Of a stretch of 64,000 bases of DNA, positions 1-13,035 are shown one piece after another. A program made the position numbers and the translations under genes. The notes beneath the pieces were generated by a model. It was not told the DNA's origin. It made no database searches and saw nothing but the letters and a program-made list of their open reading frames with translations. Source of the stretch: Mobula hypostoma (Eukaryota). Location: assembly GCF_963921235.1 (NCBI RefSeq), contig NC_086097.1, positions 78,990,001 through 79,054,000 of the forward strand. Reading direction: 5' to 3'. Positions within the stretch are counted from its first letter, which is position 1. Each line of letters opens with the position of its first letter.

Positions 1-599
1 TAAGGAAGATCACAACAGTAGCCAAGAACCACACTGGATCTTGAGAATAATTGCACTGCGTTAACTGCAACCCCTGTTGAGGTACCTACAGTATCTGCAA
101 AGACCAGCAATTATTTTTGGAACTAGGGACATGGATGGATTTAATGTTACTTAATCCATTGGCATTATTGTAAGGAGCCTTTGAATGGCTTTTATCTTAC
201 AACATACGGAAATTCACAGAGAGCTTAACTGGTTCTTTTCTCAGAAAAAGAATCCATTAAATTCTATCATGATTTATGTTCCAACTCAGTGGTAATATTT
301 TAATTCTTGACTCAGATGGTTTTAGATATAAACCAGATTCCAAGAACTGGGCACATAACTTAGGCTGGCATTTCAATGCAGCACCAAATATTTTACAGTG
401 TTGGAGGTGAAGCTGAAATAATAAAACAAACATCAGGAGTACTGGCTATCTGAAATAAACACAGAAAATGCAGGAGTTGCTCAATAGGTCAGTAGAATCT
501 GTGAAGAGAGAAACAGAACTAATGATGCATTCAAAACATCTGTTTCCATACTTGTAAATATGACCCAAAGGTACCACAAAAAAAGGCAGCAATGCATTC

Positions 600-1280
600 A
601 CTTAATGAGCTAGCAAGAAACCGATATGCAAACAGTGCCAGCTTCTACAAGTATACTTACAGTGTTGGACCCCTAGAGGAATTAACTGGGTAATTAATAA
701 TAGGAACTATAACAGTAGAGACTTCCACAAGGGAGGAAGACGCTCCCTTGAAAAAGTCTCTTAGTAAACTAACAGGAATGAAAGTTGAAGAATTCTATTT
801 CATGTGAAATATCAAAAATTGCCTGGTTGGGTACAATTCAGAAGAAGCTATTTTTTTTAAATTACAGGATTTGAGATTCATGCCACTCTCGAATTTTGGA
901 GGCACAGTGTGAAAGGAGCTCACTAACAATCCTTTTTGTAGCCACACTCCAAAAGATGAGAACCAAGAATCTTGAGAGAGGAAATAGGGATAACATGGCT
1001 GGATGAGAAACAAATGTCACATCCATGGTTATGCAAGTCCTTTCTGGGACTTCTGGCTGCATTAATGACTGCCAAACCAGAAGGAATTAACAGGGCCAGT
1101 TAGAGACAGCCTCTAACAATCTTAAGCTATAATGTATCACTTGTACAGCTGAGATTGAGAAAAGATCAACACCAGTTACCTGACTACCTTGGAAAAATGA
1201 TAGCATGCATTTTTGTGAATGTCCACTACAAGTACATTGTGTCACGCCAGACTGTTGACCACAATAAATGAAGTGCTTTG
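600..1280 (+). mobile_element. Highly decayed CR1-like LINE remnant
   Basis: Patches resembling CR1 ORF2 DNA elsewhere in the window (gcttctacaagtata, gttggacccctagagga, agtaaactaacaggaatgaaagttga). Boundaries approximate. Confidence 0.4.
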
Positions 1281-1453
1281 CAAAACAGATACATGCATAT
1301 CTGTTTACACCGTCTGCAAGAAGTTTTTGAGAAAGGTGTGCTATTTTGTTTACTCTGAAGCCACCTACAGCTTGTTATGGCTGCAACTCTATCTATGTGC
1401 AACAAACAGAAATTCTAACTTATTATGCATGATTCTAACTTATCATGCAAAAA

Positions 1454-2281
1454 GACGGCGGAGCTCAGGAGGGTTAATGGCGCCTAATGGCAACTCCTTT
1501 GCTTGCATCTTCGGAAATAGCTCTATTTCCATCTTTAATATCTCTATTTTCCCCTTTCAGGGTTCTTTTGAAGACCCTGACTTGGATTTGCACACTGACT
1601 TCAGTTCTTTGCAGGAATGGGACCCACTCTCAGGGTTTCACAACTGGCCGTTGTTCGGCATGCCAGGGGCTCAGCCTAAGAGCTCTGCTCACCTTCGGAG
1701 GACCAAGATTCCGTGGCTCCGGAGACGGGGGGGTGGGGGGGGGATGTCGGAGGTTGGTGTACGAGCTGAAGACCAGTGTGTTGCGGGAGATGGAAGATCT
1801 AAGGCTGTGTATCCAGAGACCTGAGATCTTTGGGCACAGAGCTCGGAAAAAGCGATGCAACGGACTTTTAACATCGTAAACCAGCAAGTTGTTTGTTATT
1901 TCTCCCCTCTCGCTATGAATAGAAGACATCTCTTTCTCCCTTATTTGGGAGAGAGAGAGCCTGTGGTATGTCGAATGCTGGGTGAACAATGTAGCCTTTG
2001 GGGTAACTGCAAGTCTGTGTCTTTGCTGTTGCCTTGCTCATGCTTGAGTGCTCAGTGGCGGGTGCCGATGATTTTCTTTGCTGGTGGGGGGAGGGGGACC
2101 GTTGCTTGCTGCCACTTAAATGCAGGAGGGATGGGAGCTGGGGGCAACGTCGGGGTTCTAATATTTAACTGTCGTTCATTCTTTAGGGGCACTCCTCCGT
2201 TTTCATGGATGGTTGCGAAGCATTTCAGAACGTAGATTGTATACATTTCTCTGACATTAACTGTACCTTTGAAACCTTTGA
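1454..2281 (+). mobile_element. Non-coding ~0.8-kb non-autonomous retroelement (copy 1) with REX1-like 3' end
   Basis: Collinear with 55797-56607; tail (cctttgaaa)x2; possible imperfect TSD atgcaaaaa/atacaaaaa. Confidence 0.75.
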
Positions 2282-2336
2282 ATACAAAAATAGTCAAGGT
2301 ACAAGAACAGAAAGCCAACAGGTTTCCTTTGCTCAC

Positions 2337-2476
2337 CTGCTCATAGGAAAACTCACTGCGCTCATTTTCATTCTCGTCCTCGTTCAGAGTCAGATTCCAG
2401 TGTGTTTCTGTCACCTTTGGCATCTGTACACCTATAGCAAGTTCTGAGCCAGATTCAGCACAACTTGTGACATCTG
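2337..2476 (-). CDS. ZFYVE26: ZFYVE26 exon (140 nt; 137 nt if distal NAGNAG AG used): (A)DVTSCAESGSELAIGVQMPKVTETHWNLTLNEDENENERSEFSYEQ
   Basis: Acceptor ctctatgtag|cag|, donor CAG|gtgagc; RSEFxYEQ motif. Confidence 0.92.
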
Positions 2477-2555
2477 CTACATAGAGTTGTACACATCATC
2501 ATTTAAAAAGGAAAACAAACAAGAATATTTTCACATATATTCTAGAGTAGCTCAC

Positions 2556-2584
2556 CTTCTCCTTCACCTAGTCGCTCAATTCCT
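2556..2584 (-). CDS. ZFYVE26: ZFYVE26 micro-exon (29 nt): GIERLGEGE
   Basis: Acceptor ttttattttctatag|, donor AAG|gtgagc; converts phase 2 to phase 1 between flanking exons. Confidence 0.85.
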
Positions 2585-3549
2585 CTATAGAAAATAAAAC
2601 CAGACACAAAGAAAACAAATTAATGCACAGACCTGAACTTAACAAAATACCTGAAATTCAAACCTCATGAAACAAGTGACTGTCAAGACATAATGACATG
2701 TTAACACATAATTGCAATAATTTTCGCATATAAGACCTAATTCGCATAAAAGGACACACTTACTTCTAAAGCATACTAACATACAATTAACCTCTAAAAA
2801 TTACATTAAGTGTACAGGAGCACCATCCAATATCCAATAACTAATTCATCACACATATTCAAATTGGAGATTTTCAACAGTACGGCAACAAACGAAGAAC
2901 AACTGATACATTACTCTGGTGTAGCACTTATAAATCCTTGTCTTCATTAACTATAAATAAGCTAAATTCACAAAAGCTATTAAAAAAGAAAATACTTATT
3001 TTTAACAAAAGATACGAAAGCCCCATACACAATTTCTACTTGTTGTAAATATTAGCTTTCATCCATTCTGTCTCTAAGAAGCACTGTGTGTTAATTGCAG
3101 TTGTTCTTTAGTGTTATAGGATACTGTTATAGGATACTATTTTTCAAGGAGAACAGTCTTCTGACCAGACAAGCAAGAGCAAATGAAGCAAAATGCATGG
3201 TACCAGCCTGGAAGGGTCAATTCCAGAAACTTACACAACAAGCAAAGCTTGCTTTTCAGTGGTCATCTCCACCAACCTGAGTGAAACTGCTCAATAAATG
3301 ATTCAGAACACCACCATCAAAAATAAAATTTAATTTTGTAATTTTAGAAGTACTGCATTATCTTTTGAAATGCTAATTCACTAAAGCTGGTTTTGTGACC
3401 TCTTTCAGCAAACTGATTTTCAGCAGATCCTAACAAGGCACACATGTAGGCAATGCAGTATTTCCAGAACAAGCACCATCATCTCCCTGCCACAATATGC
3501 AGTATTGTTGTCATATATGAAATCAAGTCCACAGTGAGTTAATGCTTAC

Positions 3550-3686
3550 TTTGTATGGTAATAATTGTAACACTGGTCGCAAACTCGTGCTGGCTTCTCC
3601 CTGCAGCTCTTAATCACCATTTTGTTTGTTGAACAAGACTGGCAAACAACACGACCACAGCGCCTGCAATGATGTCGTCGATTGAA
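3550..3686 (-). CDS. ZFYVE26: ZFYVE26 exon (137 nt), FYVE core: FNRRHHCRRCGRVVCQSCSTNKMVIKSCREKPARVCDQCYNYYHTK
   Basis: Acceptor tcttgactag|, donor AAA|gtaagc; RRHHCR and RVC FYVE signatures. Too short for the ORF track. Confidence 0.97.
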
Positions 3687-4556
3687 CTAGTCAAGATAAG
3701 AGAGCTTTATGTTAAAGTGGAATAATGCCACCTTATGATTTAGCACATTGATAAAAATCACATAGAAATTCATTACATCTTACAGCACAATTAACTACAA
3801 ACAAGAGAAAATCTGCAGATGCTGGAAATCTGAGTGTAGCACAATTAATTATTTTGTATTGCTTTACAACACTGCTCAAAATATATTAAAACATTTTTTT
3901 AAATGCATTTGCTGAAAACCTACATCTTCTACATTACAGATCTCATGATCCTTTCTGTAAGCAGCAATTACAAGTATTCGATCAGAGCATTTGCACACCA
4001 GTCAGTGTAATGGTTTTCTTTAACTGGTGCAATTTCTAGCACCTGGTATCATGGGCAAGATCAGCATTATTGCCCATCTGGAGAAGCTATCACTTATGGT
4101 ATAGCACTGCAAAAAGTTCCAAGGCTTAGATCCACTGACATACTTTCAAGTCAGGGCATTGTGTGATTTGGGAGGGGGGGGGGGAGAAGAGGTCTGCATA
4201 TGGCAGAATTCACATGCATGTGCTACCCTAGTTTTTCTTGGTAGCAGTGGTTGCAGACTTGGTGTTCTCCAGATAGACAATACTCATTTTGGTCTCTGTG
4301 CTCCTGAGGTGGAAGGAATAAAATATCTGGATGGTGGATTGGGTGCTAATCAAGTGGGCTGCCTTGTCGTCAATGTTATTGAGTTCTGGGTTATTGGAAC
4401 AATATTCATCCATGCAAGTGAACAGTGTTCAATCCTGCTCCTGCCTTGGATGGTTGAGAAGCCAAATCCAGAATGTGGCCATCTCAAATCACTATATGGC
4501 TGGAGAAGGACTTGAAGACAAGGACAAGGATTTTAAACTGAGGTAATGTTTGACCT

Positions 4557-4800
4557 TGGGTGGCAGGGTGGAGATACGTCTTTATCAACAGAGGCGCAAG
4601 GCGTTCCTTTCCTCCGATAGCCTACAGATCAACATTGCGCAAGATCTAACATCTGGTTAGTCCCCCCCCACCCCAATCAGAGTCACATGAAGCTGTGAGA
4701 GCAGGTGGTGGACGGTCATATGAGCAACTGGTATATATAACAGATCCTGGTTATCCGACCACTGACGCCAGGCAATCTCTGAACATTATTGATAATGGCT
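4557..4800 (+). mobile_element. 5' part of a short RTE-tailed element split by the L1 insertion
   Basis: Continues at 10716 across the L1 TSD into an RTE/BovB-type 3' end. Confidence 0.6.
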
Positions 4801-4934
4801 GGGGACTTCCACCTGTAGCTCAATGGAGTAACACATAAATTTTGTGGCTGCCTTTAATTCCTCCTTTTCCCAGGTCCAAACCTTGAATTATTCAACTTTT
4901 ATTTTTTGGATCTTGGAGGGAAATAGTGGTCATT

Positions 4935-5717
4935 ATGTCGTATCCTTTAAGAAGTGGAAAACAGCTTTTTGAACCCAGCAATGGAAAGGGAAAAACTTCA
5001 AAAGAAAAATCAGAAGATATGCCTGTCTGGGTTGAGCGTTTGGAACGTGCGTTGATGGGTCTTGATAACAAAATGGACAATAACACTTCTGAGTTGAAGT
5101 CATCCTGACAGAGTTTACAGACTATTGAGGAAAATACTCTTTCCTTGAATAGTGAGTTTAAAGAATCGAAACGTCAGATTGTGGATATTTCAACCCGATT
5201 GGAACAGGCTCAACGCAAAATTGTCGATTTAGAGGCAAAGTCTCGTCGGAATAACATTCGTATTGTGGGTCTTCAGGAAGGCTCCGAAAATGGGAATTTA
5301 TTGGATTATCTTGCCAATCTGTTTCAATCTCTGTTCCCGGATATTCTACCTCAGCCTCACGATATTGAAAGAGCTCACAGAATTTTCACTTCGTCAGATA
5401 AAGCTCGACCAATTTTAGTCAACTTTCTTCGCTTTAAAGTTAAAGACCAAATTATAAAACGTGCAGGAAAACAGTTAGTTTTTAAATTTAACGGTTCTGA
5501 GATCCGTTTTTATGAAGATTATCCACTGGAAGTTATGGAACAACGAATCAAATTCATATTGGTCATGAAGAACGCTCACGAAAAAAGACTTTTTCCATCC
5601 TTGAGATATCCAGCGAGACTAAAGTTATTTCCTAAAGATTCTACCCCTCGTGTCTTCTTGGATCCCCAAGCGGCATCAGATTTTGTCAATTCTATTGTGG
5701 AATCAGCTGATGTATGA
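4935..5717 (+). pseudogene. L1 ORF1p (coiled coil + RRM/CTD), one in-frame stop at 5106-5108
   Basis: Motifs SRRNNIRIVGLQEG, IERAHR, RPILVNFLRF, RYPARL; ORFs 4926..5108 and 5145..5717 share a frame. Confidence 0.92.
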
Positions 5718-6554
5718 AGGATATTAGAGTCTCTGAATAATTTTCTGAAAGAAAACAGGTTTTGAAGATTTCGATATGCTGAAGATATCTTTTGATCGAT
5801 GCATTACTTGAAGAAGAGGTGATCTTCTCGGTTTGACTAAAGAATGACGTTTTTTTGAAGACTGTTTAGTATACGGAGTGAATTAATACAGCGGATAAAT
5901 TGTGAACTGGTTTGATTATGTTTCTATTTTTCTTAATTAATTAAGTGATAGTTTGCTTACAGTTTATATAGACTTTTTTTATATTATGGAGTGTTTAGTA
6001 ATAGATAATTAGCTTTAATTCTTTTGTTAAATAAGGTAGTAAGTTAAAGAATAATGGCGTTGCTTTTCTCTCTTTAGAGATTAAACTGCTTGGGTTAATA
6101 GTATTGTTTTGGCGTCTTTGGAGACTGTCTTCGCATTCCCTTAGCTTAATTTCAATGATTAAGTATAAACATTTTCTTTTCTTTGCTGGGCTTTCTTATC
6201 TTAAGGTTACGTATTTTCTTTGTAAGGGGGAGGGGGAATTGGGAGAAAAAACTTTTAATCATTATTTAAATTGAGCGGCACGCAGAATTCCGTTCTTATG
6301 TTTCTTTTCTTGGGGATTCTGGCTTTTTCTCTCTTTTGCCGGATTTCCTTCTTTGGTGATGGTGGGAGGTTTGGGGGTATTTTTGTATTTCGGGGTTTAT
6401 TGTGGGATTTTTTTTTTCACACATACTTTCTGTATTTTTTCCCATTTTGGAGGTCCGGAGCATACGCATTTTCTATTTGGTTATATTCATCACCGCCATC
6501 TTTGATTAGCCCGCGATGGTATGCATGTATTGTCCTGTTTAAGAATAATATCCA

Positions 6555-9500
6555 ATAGTACTTAAACAGATAAACGTTATTAGTTGGAATGTACTTAGCT
6601 GGAATCACCCTATTAAGCGAAGGAAGACTTTTAAAGTTATTAATCGATTCCAGCCCGATATAATTTTTGCTCAAGAAATGCATATCAGAATGGACGATCA
6701 AAATAGATTTTTTAAAACATGGAAGGGCCTTCAATACCATGCTACTTGTCAAAATAAAACAAAGGGAGTATCTATTTTTATTAAATCTAATATTTTATTT
6801 ATTCAAGAAGACATTGTCTCAGATAATAATGGTAAATTTTTAATTATTAAAGGAACAATTTGTAATAGAAAAATTGTCCTGGTTAATCTATACGGACCTA
6901 ATGTAGATGATACTTCTTTTTTTAAAAATGTATTTGGTATATTACCAGACTTAAATGAATATACGCTGCTGATGGGAGGTGACTTCAGCTGTTGTTTAAA
7001 CCCTTTGATTGACAAAAGTTCAACCAATCAGCAGCTTCCGAGTCGTTCGGCAACACATTAATTCCTTTTTAATTGACTATGGTTTGATAGAAATCTGGAG
7101 AAATTTACATCCTAATGATAGAGATTATTCTTTTTATTCACATGTTCATAATAAATATTTGAGAATTGATTATTTTATAGCTGATTTCCGATTTTTGTCC
7201 GAAGTCTATAAATGTGAATATGATGCTATTGCAGTCTCGGACCATGCGTCTTTAAGCTTAACTTTTGAGTTAAATGATGTTGGTAATGTAAACTTGCCTC
7301 GGCGCTTTCCAGAAAATTTATTACAAAGTTCGGACTTTGTTAAATTTATAGAGATACAGATAAAAGATTTCTTTCTTTTTAATAATACGGGAGATGTCTC
7401 GAAATTGATTATATGGGATACACTCAAAGCATATTTGCGAGGTCAGATAATATCTTATTTGGCTAAACTCAATAAACAGACAAAAACAGAGATAGATAGA
7501 ATTTCCAAACTAATTAAAGATCTGGATAATACTTGTGCAGTTTCTCCTAATGTTGATTTATTTAAACAAAGGGTTGAACTTCAATCACAATATAATTTAC
7601 TATTAACTTACCCCATTGAAAGAAATTTGCTCAAATTAAAAAATCAATTTTATATGTTTGGAGATAAAAGTAAGAAGCTATTAGTATCTCAACTTAAAGC
7701 AGTTAGAGCTAAAAGACAAATTTTAAAAATTCGTAAGGGAGATGGTAGTTTAGCTTGTAATTATGAAGATAGTAATAAAATTTTTCAAGACTATTACAGT
7801 GAACTCTATAAATCTCAGTTTCCATCTGACCCTTCTAATATGTATGCCTTTTTACAAAAGATTGATTTTCCTAGAATATCTGTTGAAGATCAGCAAATCC
7901 TTGATGCTTCTTTTACTGAAAGAGAAATTCAGAAAGCTATACTTTCAATGCAATCTGGTAAAGCTCCTGGATTAGATGGTTTTATTGTAGGATTTTATTA
8001 AAAAATTGAACATTTGCTTACTCCTTATATGTTGGAAATGCTTAAAGATTCTTTTCTGTTAGGAGAGTTACCTTCCACGTTTTATGAAGCTTCTATTTCT
8101 TTAATTCTTAAGGAAGATAAAGACCCTACTGATTGTGCTTCATAAAGACCTATTTCATCATAAAATGTGGATGCCAAGATTCTTTCAAAAATAATGGCTA
8201 ATCGGACGGAGAATATACTAGCTAAAATTATTTCTCAGGATCAAGCGGGTTTTATAAAAGGCCGTTATTCTTTTTCTAACATTCGGAGATTGTTAAATAT
8301 TATATACTTATCCCTCTCTAAGACTCCCCAATGTGTTGTTTCTCTAGATGCTGAAAAGGCATTTGATAGAGTTGAATGGAAATATCTATTTAAAGTTTTA
8401 GAGAAATTTAGCTTTGGTACTAATTTTAATAAATGGATTAGATTGATATATAAAAGCCCTATTGCCATTGTTATCACTAATAACTGTAGATCCCCCTTTT
8501 CCCAACTTTCCCAGGGTACGAGAGAAGGATGTCCATTAAGTCCTCTGTTATTTAACTTGATGTTGGAACCCTTGGCTATTGCACTTCGTGAAGCTAAATA
8601 TATTCAAGGAATTTCTATAAATGGGATTATTCATAAGATCTCCCTTTATGTGGATGATCTTTTGGTTTATGTTTCGAATCCTGAAGAATCTATTCCTAGC
8701 TTATTGAAATTATTAAATGAATTTGGATTGTTTTCAGGATATAAATTAAACCTGCACAAAAGTGAATTATTTTCTTTAAATGATTCTGCTTCTATATATG
8801 ATGACATTCCTCTAAAAGTTACGGATTCTTTTAAATATTTAGGTATTATCATCACTAAAAATTATGGAGACCTTTATAGAGCTAATTTAGTTCCCTTAGT
8901 GGATTTTATGAAGCAATTTTTTTCTAGATGGAATCCACTTACACTTTCATTAGTAGGTCGAATTCATGCAGTTAAAATAATGATTTTACCAAAATTTTTA
9001 TATGTATTTCAAAACATTCCTATTTTTCTAAGAAGTTTTTTGATCAAGTTGACTCTATTATTTCATCTTTTGTTTGGAATAATAAAAGACCAAGAATTGG
9101 AAAATGTCATTTACAAAAATTAAAAAAGGATGGAGGTCTTACTTTGCCTAATTTAAGAATGTATTATTGGGCGGTTAATATACGTTATGCGTGTTCTTGG
9201 TTATATTGAACGGATAAAAAGGAACGACCATCTTGGGTTGATTTGGAATTGAAAATTGTGAAACAATTTCATTTAACTTCATTATTGGGAGCTCCTTTAC
9301 CTGTACAATTAGCCAAAATTTCTATTCTAAATATAAATCCTATGATTAATCAATCATTACGAATCTGGTACCAGTTTCGTAAGTTTTTTTAATCTTAAAA
9401 GATTTAACCTTTTTAGTTTAATTTATCGAAACTATTTATTTAAACCTTCACTTAGTGGTCCTACGTTTTCTCTTTGGAGGAATAAAGGAATTTTTTCCTT

Positions 9501-10332
9501 TATGGGCTTGTTTCAAGAAGGTCGATTGATGTCCTTTGAGAAATTAGTAACTAAATACTCTCTCTCATATTCACATTTTTTGCAATATCTTCAGGTCAGA
9601 CATTTCTTACAAGAATATTTAAGTAATTTTCCATATATATAAGATTCTGACCTGTTAGACATTATTTTAAAAATGAACCCTTTCGTGAAAGGTTTTATTG
9701 GGAAAATTTATAATTTACTATTACAACAGGATAACTATCCTTTACTTAAGATTAAGCAAGATTGGGAAAGAGAGCTTAATATGACCTTGATAACAGAGGA
9801 TTGGTTGCGAATTTTGAAGCTGGTTAACTCTTCTTCGATTTGTGCCAGTCATTCTCTAATTCAATTTAAAATTGTACATCGTTACTATTTGACAAAGGAG
9901 AGATTGTCTAAAGTATCTCCTAATATAAATAGTCAGTGTGATAGATGCTAAACTGAGGTAGCTACATTGACACATATGTTTTGGTCGTGTTCTGTATTGA
10001 AACAATTTTGGAAATCTACTTTTTCTACAATTTCTGAAGCTTTAAAAATCAATTTACAACCTAATAAATTGACGGTTTTGTTTGGTATAATTCCTCAACA
10101 TATTCACGGTATTTCTATATATGACCAATACGTAATTGCACTTGTCACTTTATTGGCCAGAAGGGCTATTTTATTAAAATGGAAAGATGCCTCTGCTCCC
10201 ACTTTGATACAATGGTTCTCTCAGGTGATGTTATGTCATAGTTTGGAAAAGATTAGAAGTCGAACTTTTGATCCTAGATCTGACTTCGAGAAAAGGTGGG
10301 GTTCTTTTGCCCGTTATTATCATTTGACTTGA
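6555..10332 (+). pseudogene. L1 ORF2p (APE endonuclease, RT, C-terminal Cys-rich region) with several stops and frameshifts
   Basis: ISWNV, FAQEMH, GGDF, RIDY, SDH, LDAEKAFDRVEW, GCPLSP, YVDD, FKYLGI, CDRC...HMFWSC motifs across ORFs 6678-10332. Confidence 0.93.
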
Positions 10333-10715
10333 GTTAATAAAGATGGTCCTTTTCTGATGCTTGGGTATATGGATTTGGTTGGCGGTTTTTATGTCTTTTT
10401 TTTAAATGGAAGCTTATATGGCGCATAGCTCCAGGTTTGTGCTCCAAATGGGTTTTTCCCCCTTTTTTTTTTTAGTTATTAGGGGTTTTCGCTGTTTTAG
10501 TTAGTAGGGGTTCTTTTTTTCTTTCTTTCCTTTTTCCACATTAAAAAAAGCTTTAACACTTTGTTTTTTGATTATTATTGAAATACTGTTCAGCCTGGTT
10601 GATAGTTTAACTCTTATTCTACATATGGATATGTTGTCTTGATTATTTTGATGTATTTTTCTCTGTTGTTGGTTTTCAATAATAATTAATAAAAAGATTT
10701 AAAAAGAAAAGAAAA

Positions 10716-10870
10716 GATAATGGCTGGTGCCAGACTTCTTGCAAAGACACTGCCCAGAAGAAGGCAATGGCAACCACTTCTGTTAAAAAAATTTGCCAAG
10801 AACAATCATGGCCAAGACCATGATTGCCCATGTCATATGACAAGGCACACAATGAACATGATAATGATGA
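10716..10870 (+). mobile_element. 3' part of the RTE-tailed element split by L1
   Basis: gaaggcaatggcaaccacttctg...tttgccaagaacaatcatgg resembles RTE/BovB-type 3' ends; ends in a short (TGA)-like repeat. Confidence 0.6.
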
Positions 10871-11734
10871 AAGTTTGACCAGGAAGCAAAGTACCTTGTT
10901 GGCACAGGAGTGAAATATGGATTTTGAAGGGTTTGTAGAATTTTGGACAAATAAAACAAGGTAGGTTGACAAAAACAATTCCGAAATGGTCAATTCTTGA
11001 TGTAACAAAAAGGACTGCAGCAGCCAGTTAGCTGAGGAAGTGTGCCCGCTGAGTGACACTGGAGGTAAAAATAGGCATTCTGAGCCAAAGGCTAGAAATT
11101 TAGTTGGCAATCATCTGTTGGTAAAAATCTATTGAGCATGGTAGGCAAAATATACATTAAATAAAGATGACACTGGCTCAGCACGGGAAGTTCAGCGGTC
11201 ACATGAAAAGGGAAATCTGGGTAAAGGCGGAAGAGGAGGATAGCCACCTTTAAGCATGCAACTACAAAGGATGGGTGGTACTAATGAACAGCTGAGAAGC
11301 TGATCCTGTATGTCAGAGGTATTAAATGAGTATTTTGCATTTTACCATGGAAGGTCATTTGGCACACTATAATTGGAGAGTGGCTGAGATGCTGCTCAGG
11401 GGACAAAATGATAAAGTCGAGATGCCAAGGAAAGCTATGTATACTTAAAAAAAGGATGAATTAACAGGTTCAGATGGAATATATTCTAATTGCTGAGGGG
11501 AGGAGAATAGCACAGATACCAGCTGGAGCTGCTGACACGTATCTTAACACTAAGGGACAGGATGTGGACTGAGCCATAACCAGCTCCACAGTACAAACAG
11601 AAGACCCTAAACAGTGTCCCACAGTAATACAAAATCTGATTAAATTCACAAAGAAAAATAGAGAAACTAGCAGTTATCTTTTCCTTAAATCTGACCACTG
11701 AACTGAAGGCAACAGTATAGGTCATTCAGATTTC

Positions 11735-12200
11735 AGAACAACAGAAACGGGTCCAATCGAACCGCACTGAAATGGGTGAAATCAGCCACCAGATCCATGC
11801 TGACCTTTTGCCCAAATTAGGTCTGTATCCTTCTCTGCCTTGTCCATTCCTAAATACCTCTTAAACATAATATTATCTGATATACCATCTTCTCTGCCAG
11901 CACATTCCAGGTATCAACCACTTCCTGTATAACAAAACTTACCCCTCATATACCCTTTAAAACAACTTCTCGCCTTAAACCTATGCTCTCGTTTCTTTTA
12001 TCCCTAACATGGGAAAAAGTTCCTAATACTAAAGCCTCTCATAATTGTACATACCTCAGACTCTGTCATTCCTGGCAAAAACAAACCCAACTTATCCAGT
12101 CTCCGTAACTGAAGTACTCCAGATCAGGCAAAATCTTGGTGAATCTCCTCTGCACTCTCTCTAGCACAATCACATCCTTTCAGTAGTGCAGTGACCAGAA
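11735..12200 (-). mobile_element. Decayed CR1 3' fragment
   Basis: ggcaaaatcttggtgaatctcctctgcactctctcta matches the reverse CR1 RT C-terminus at ~30510-30550. Confidence 0.6.
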
Positions 12201-12512
12201 ATGCATAATCCACTACTGTGCGTGGGCCCCAGGAGGGCTAGAAATCCCTGTCTAACAAGAACATAAGAGTACCTTCCACTGCAATTTTACAGCAGATCAA
12301 CACTACCTTCTCAAGGGCAACTCATGACAGGCAATAAATGCCAGCGTTGACTTTAAACAGCCATAAGGCATAAAAACAATAAAAAACAATGGTAGTGCAG
12401 TCTTGCATCTTCACCATAATATAGAACTAGTTAAAAACATGTTGCCTGAAGTTAAAGACTTCCCCTCTCAACAGAGTCCATCCTCTGAAGGACTTAAATC
12501 AAACAGACATTT

Positions 12513-13035
12513 AGTGGCCACTTTATTAGGCACAGGAGTGGAACCCGGTGTGGTCTTCTGCTGCTGTAGGCCATCCACTTCAAGGTTTTGACATGTTGTG
12601 CATTCAGAGATGCTCTTCTGCACACCACTGTTGTAACACATGGTTATTAGCGTTATTGTCGCCTTCTATCAGCTTGAACCAGTCTGGCCATTCTCCTCTA
12701 ACCTCTCTCTCATCAAAAGGCCTTTTCGTCCACAGAACTGCCACTCACTGGATATTTCTGGTTTTTCACACCATTCTCTAAACTCTAGAGACTGTAGTGT
12801 GTGAAAATCCCAAGAGATTAGTAGTTTCTAAGATGTTCAAACCACCATGTCTGGTACCAACTATCATTCCATGATCAAAGTCACTTAGATCATATTTCTT
12901 CCCCATTCTGTTGTTTAGTCTGAACAACAACTAAACCTCCTGACTATGTCTGCATGCTTTTATGCACTAAGGTGGTACCACAAGATTGATTGATTAAATA
13001 TTTGCATTAACATACAGGAGTACCTAATGAAGTGC
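12513..13035. mobile_element. Non-autonomous Tc1/mariner element (~520 bp)
   Basis: Imperfect TIRs agtggccactttattaggcac / gtacctaatgaagtgc. Confidence 0.65.

Larger units (their letters stand above)
4801..10715 (+). mobile_element. Full-length (~5.9 kb) L1-clade LINE, inactivated, antisense to ZFYVE26
   Basis: 5' GGGGACTTCC start, ORF1, ORF2, AATAAA at 10688, A-rich tail; TSD GATAATGGCTGG at 4791-4802 and 10716-10727. Confidence 0.95.

Noticed and set aside
1412..1449. Short tandem duplication attctaacttat(t/c)atgca
   Set aside because: Two copies only; ordinary slippage next to an insertion site, no array.
1219..2235. Overlapping 120-200 aa ORFs
   Set aside because: They fall in the 0.8-kb repeat, and frames are not preserved in the second copy at 55797-56607.
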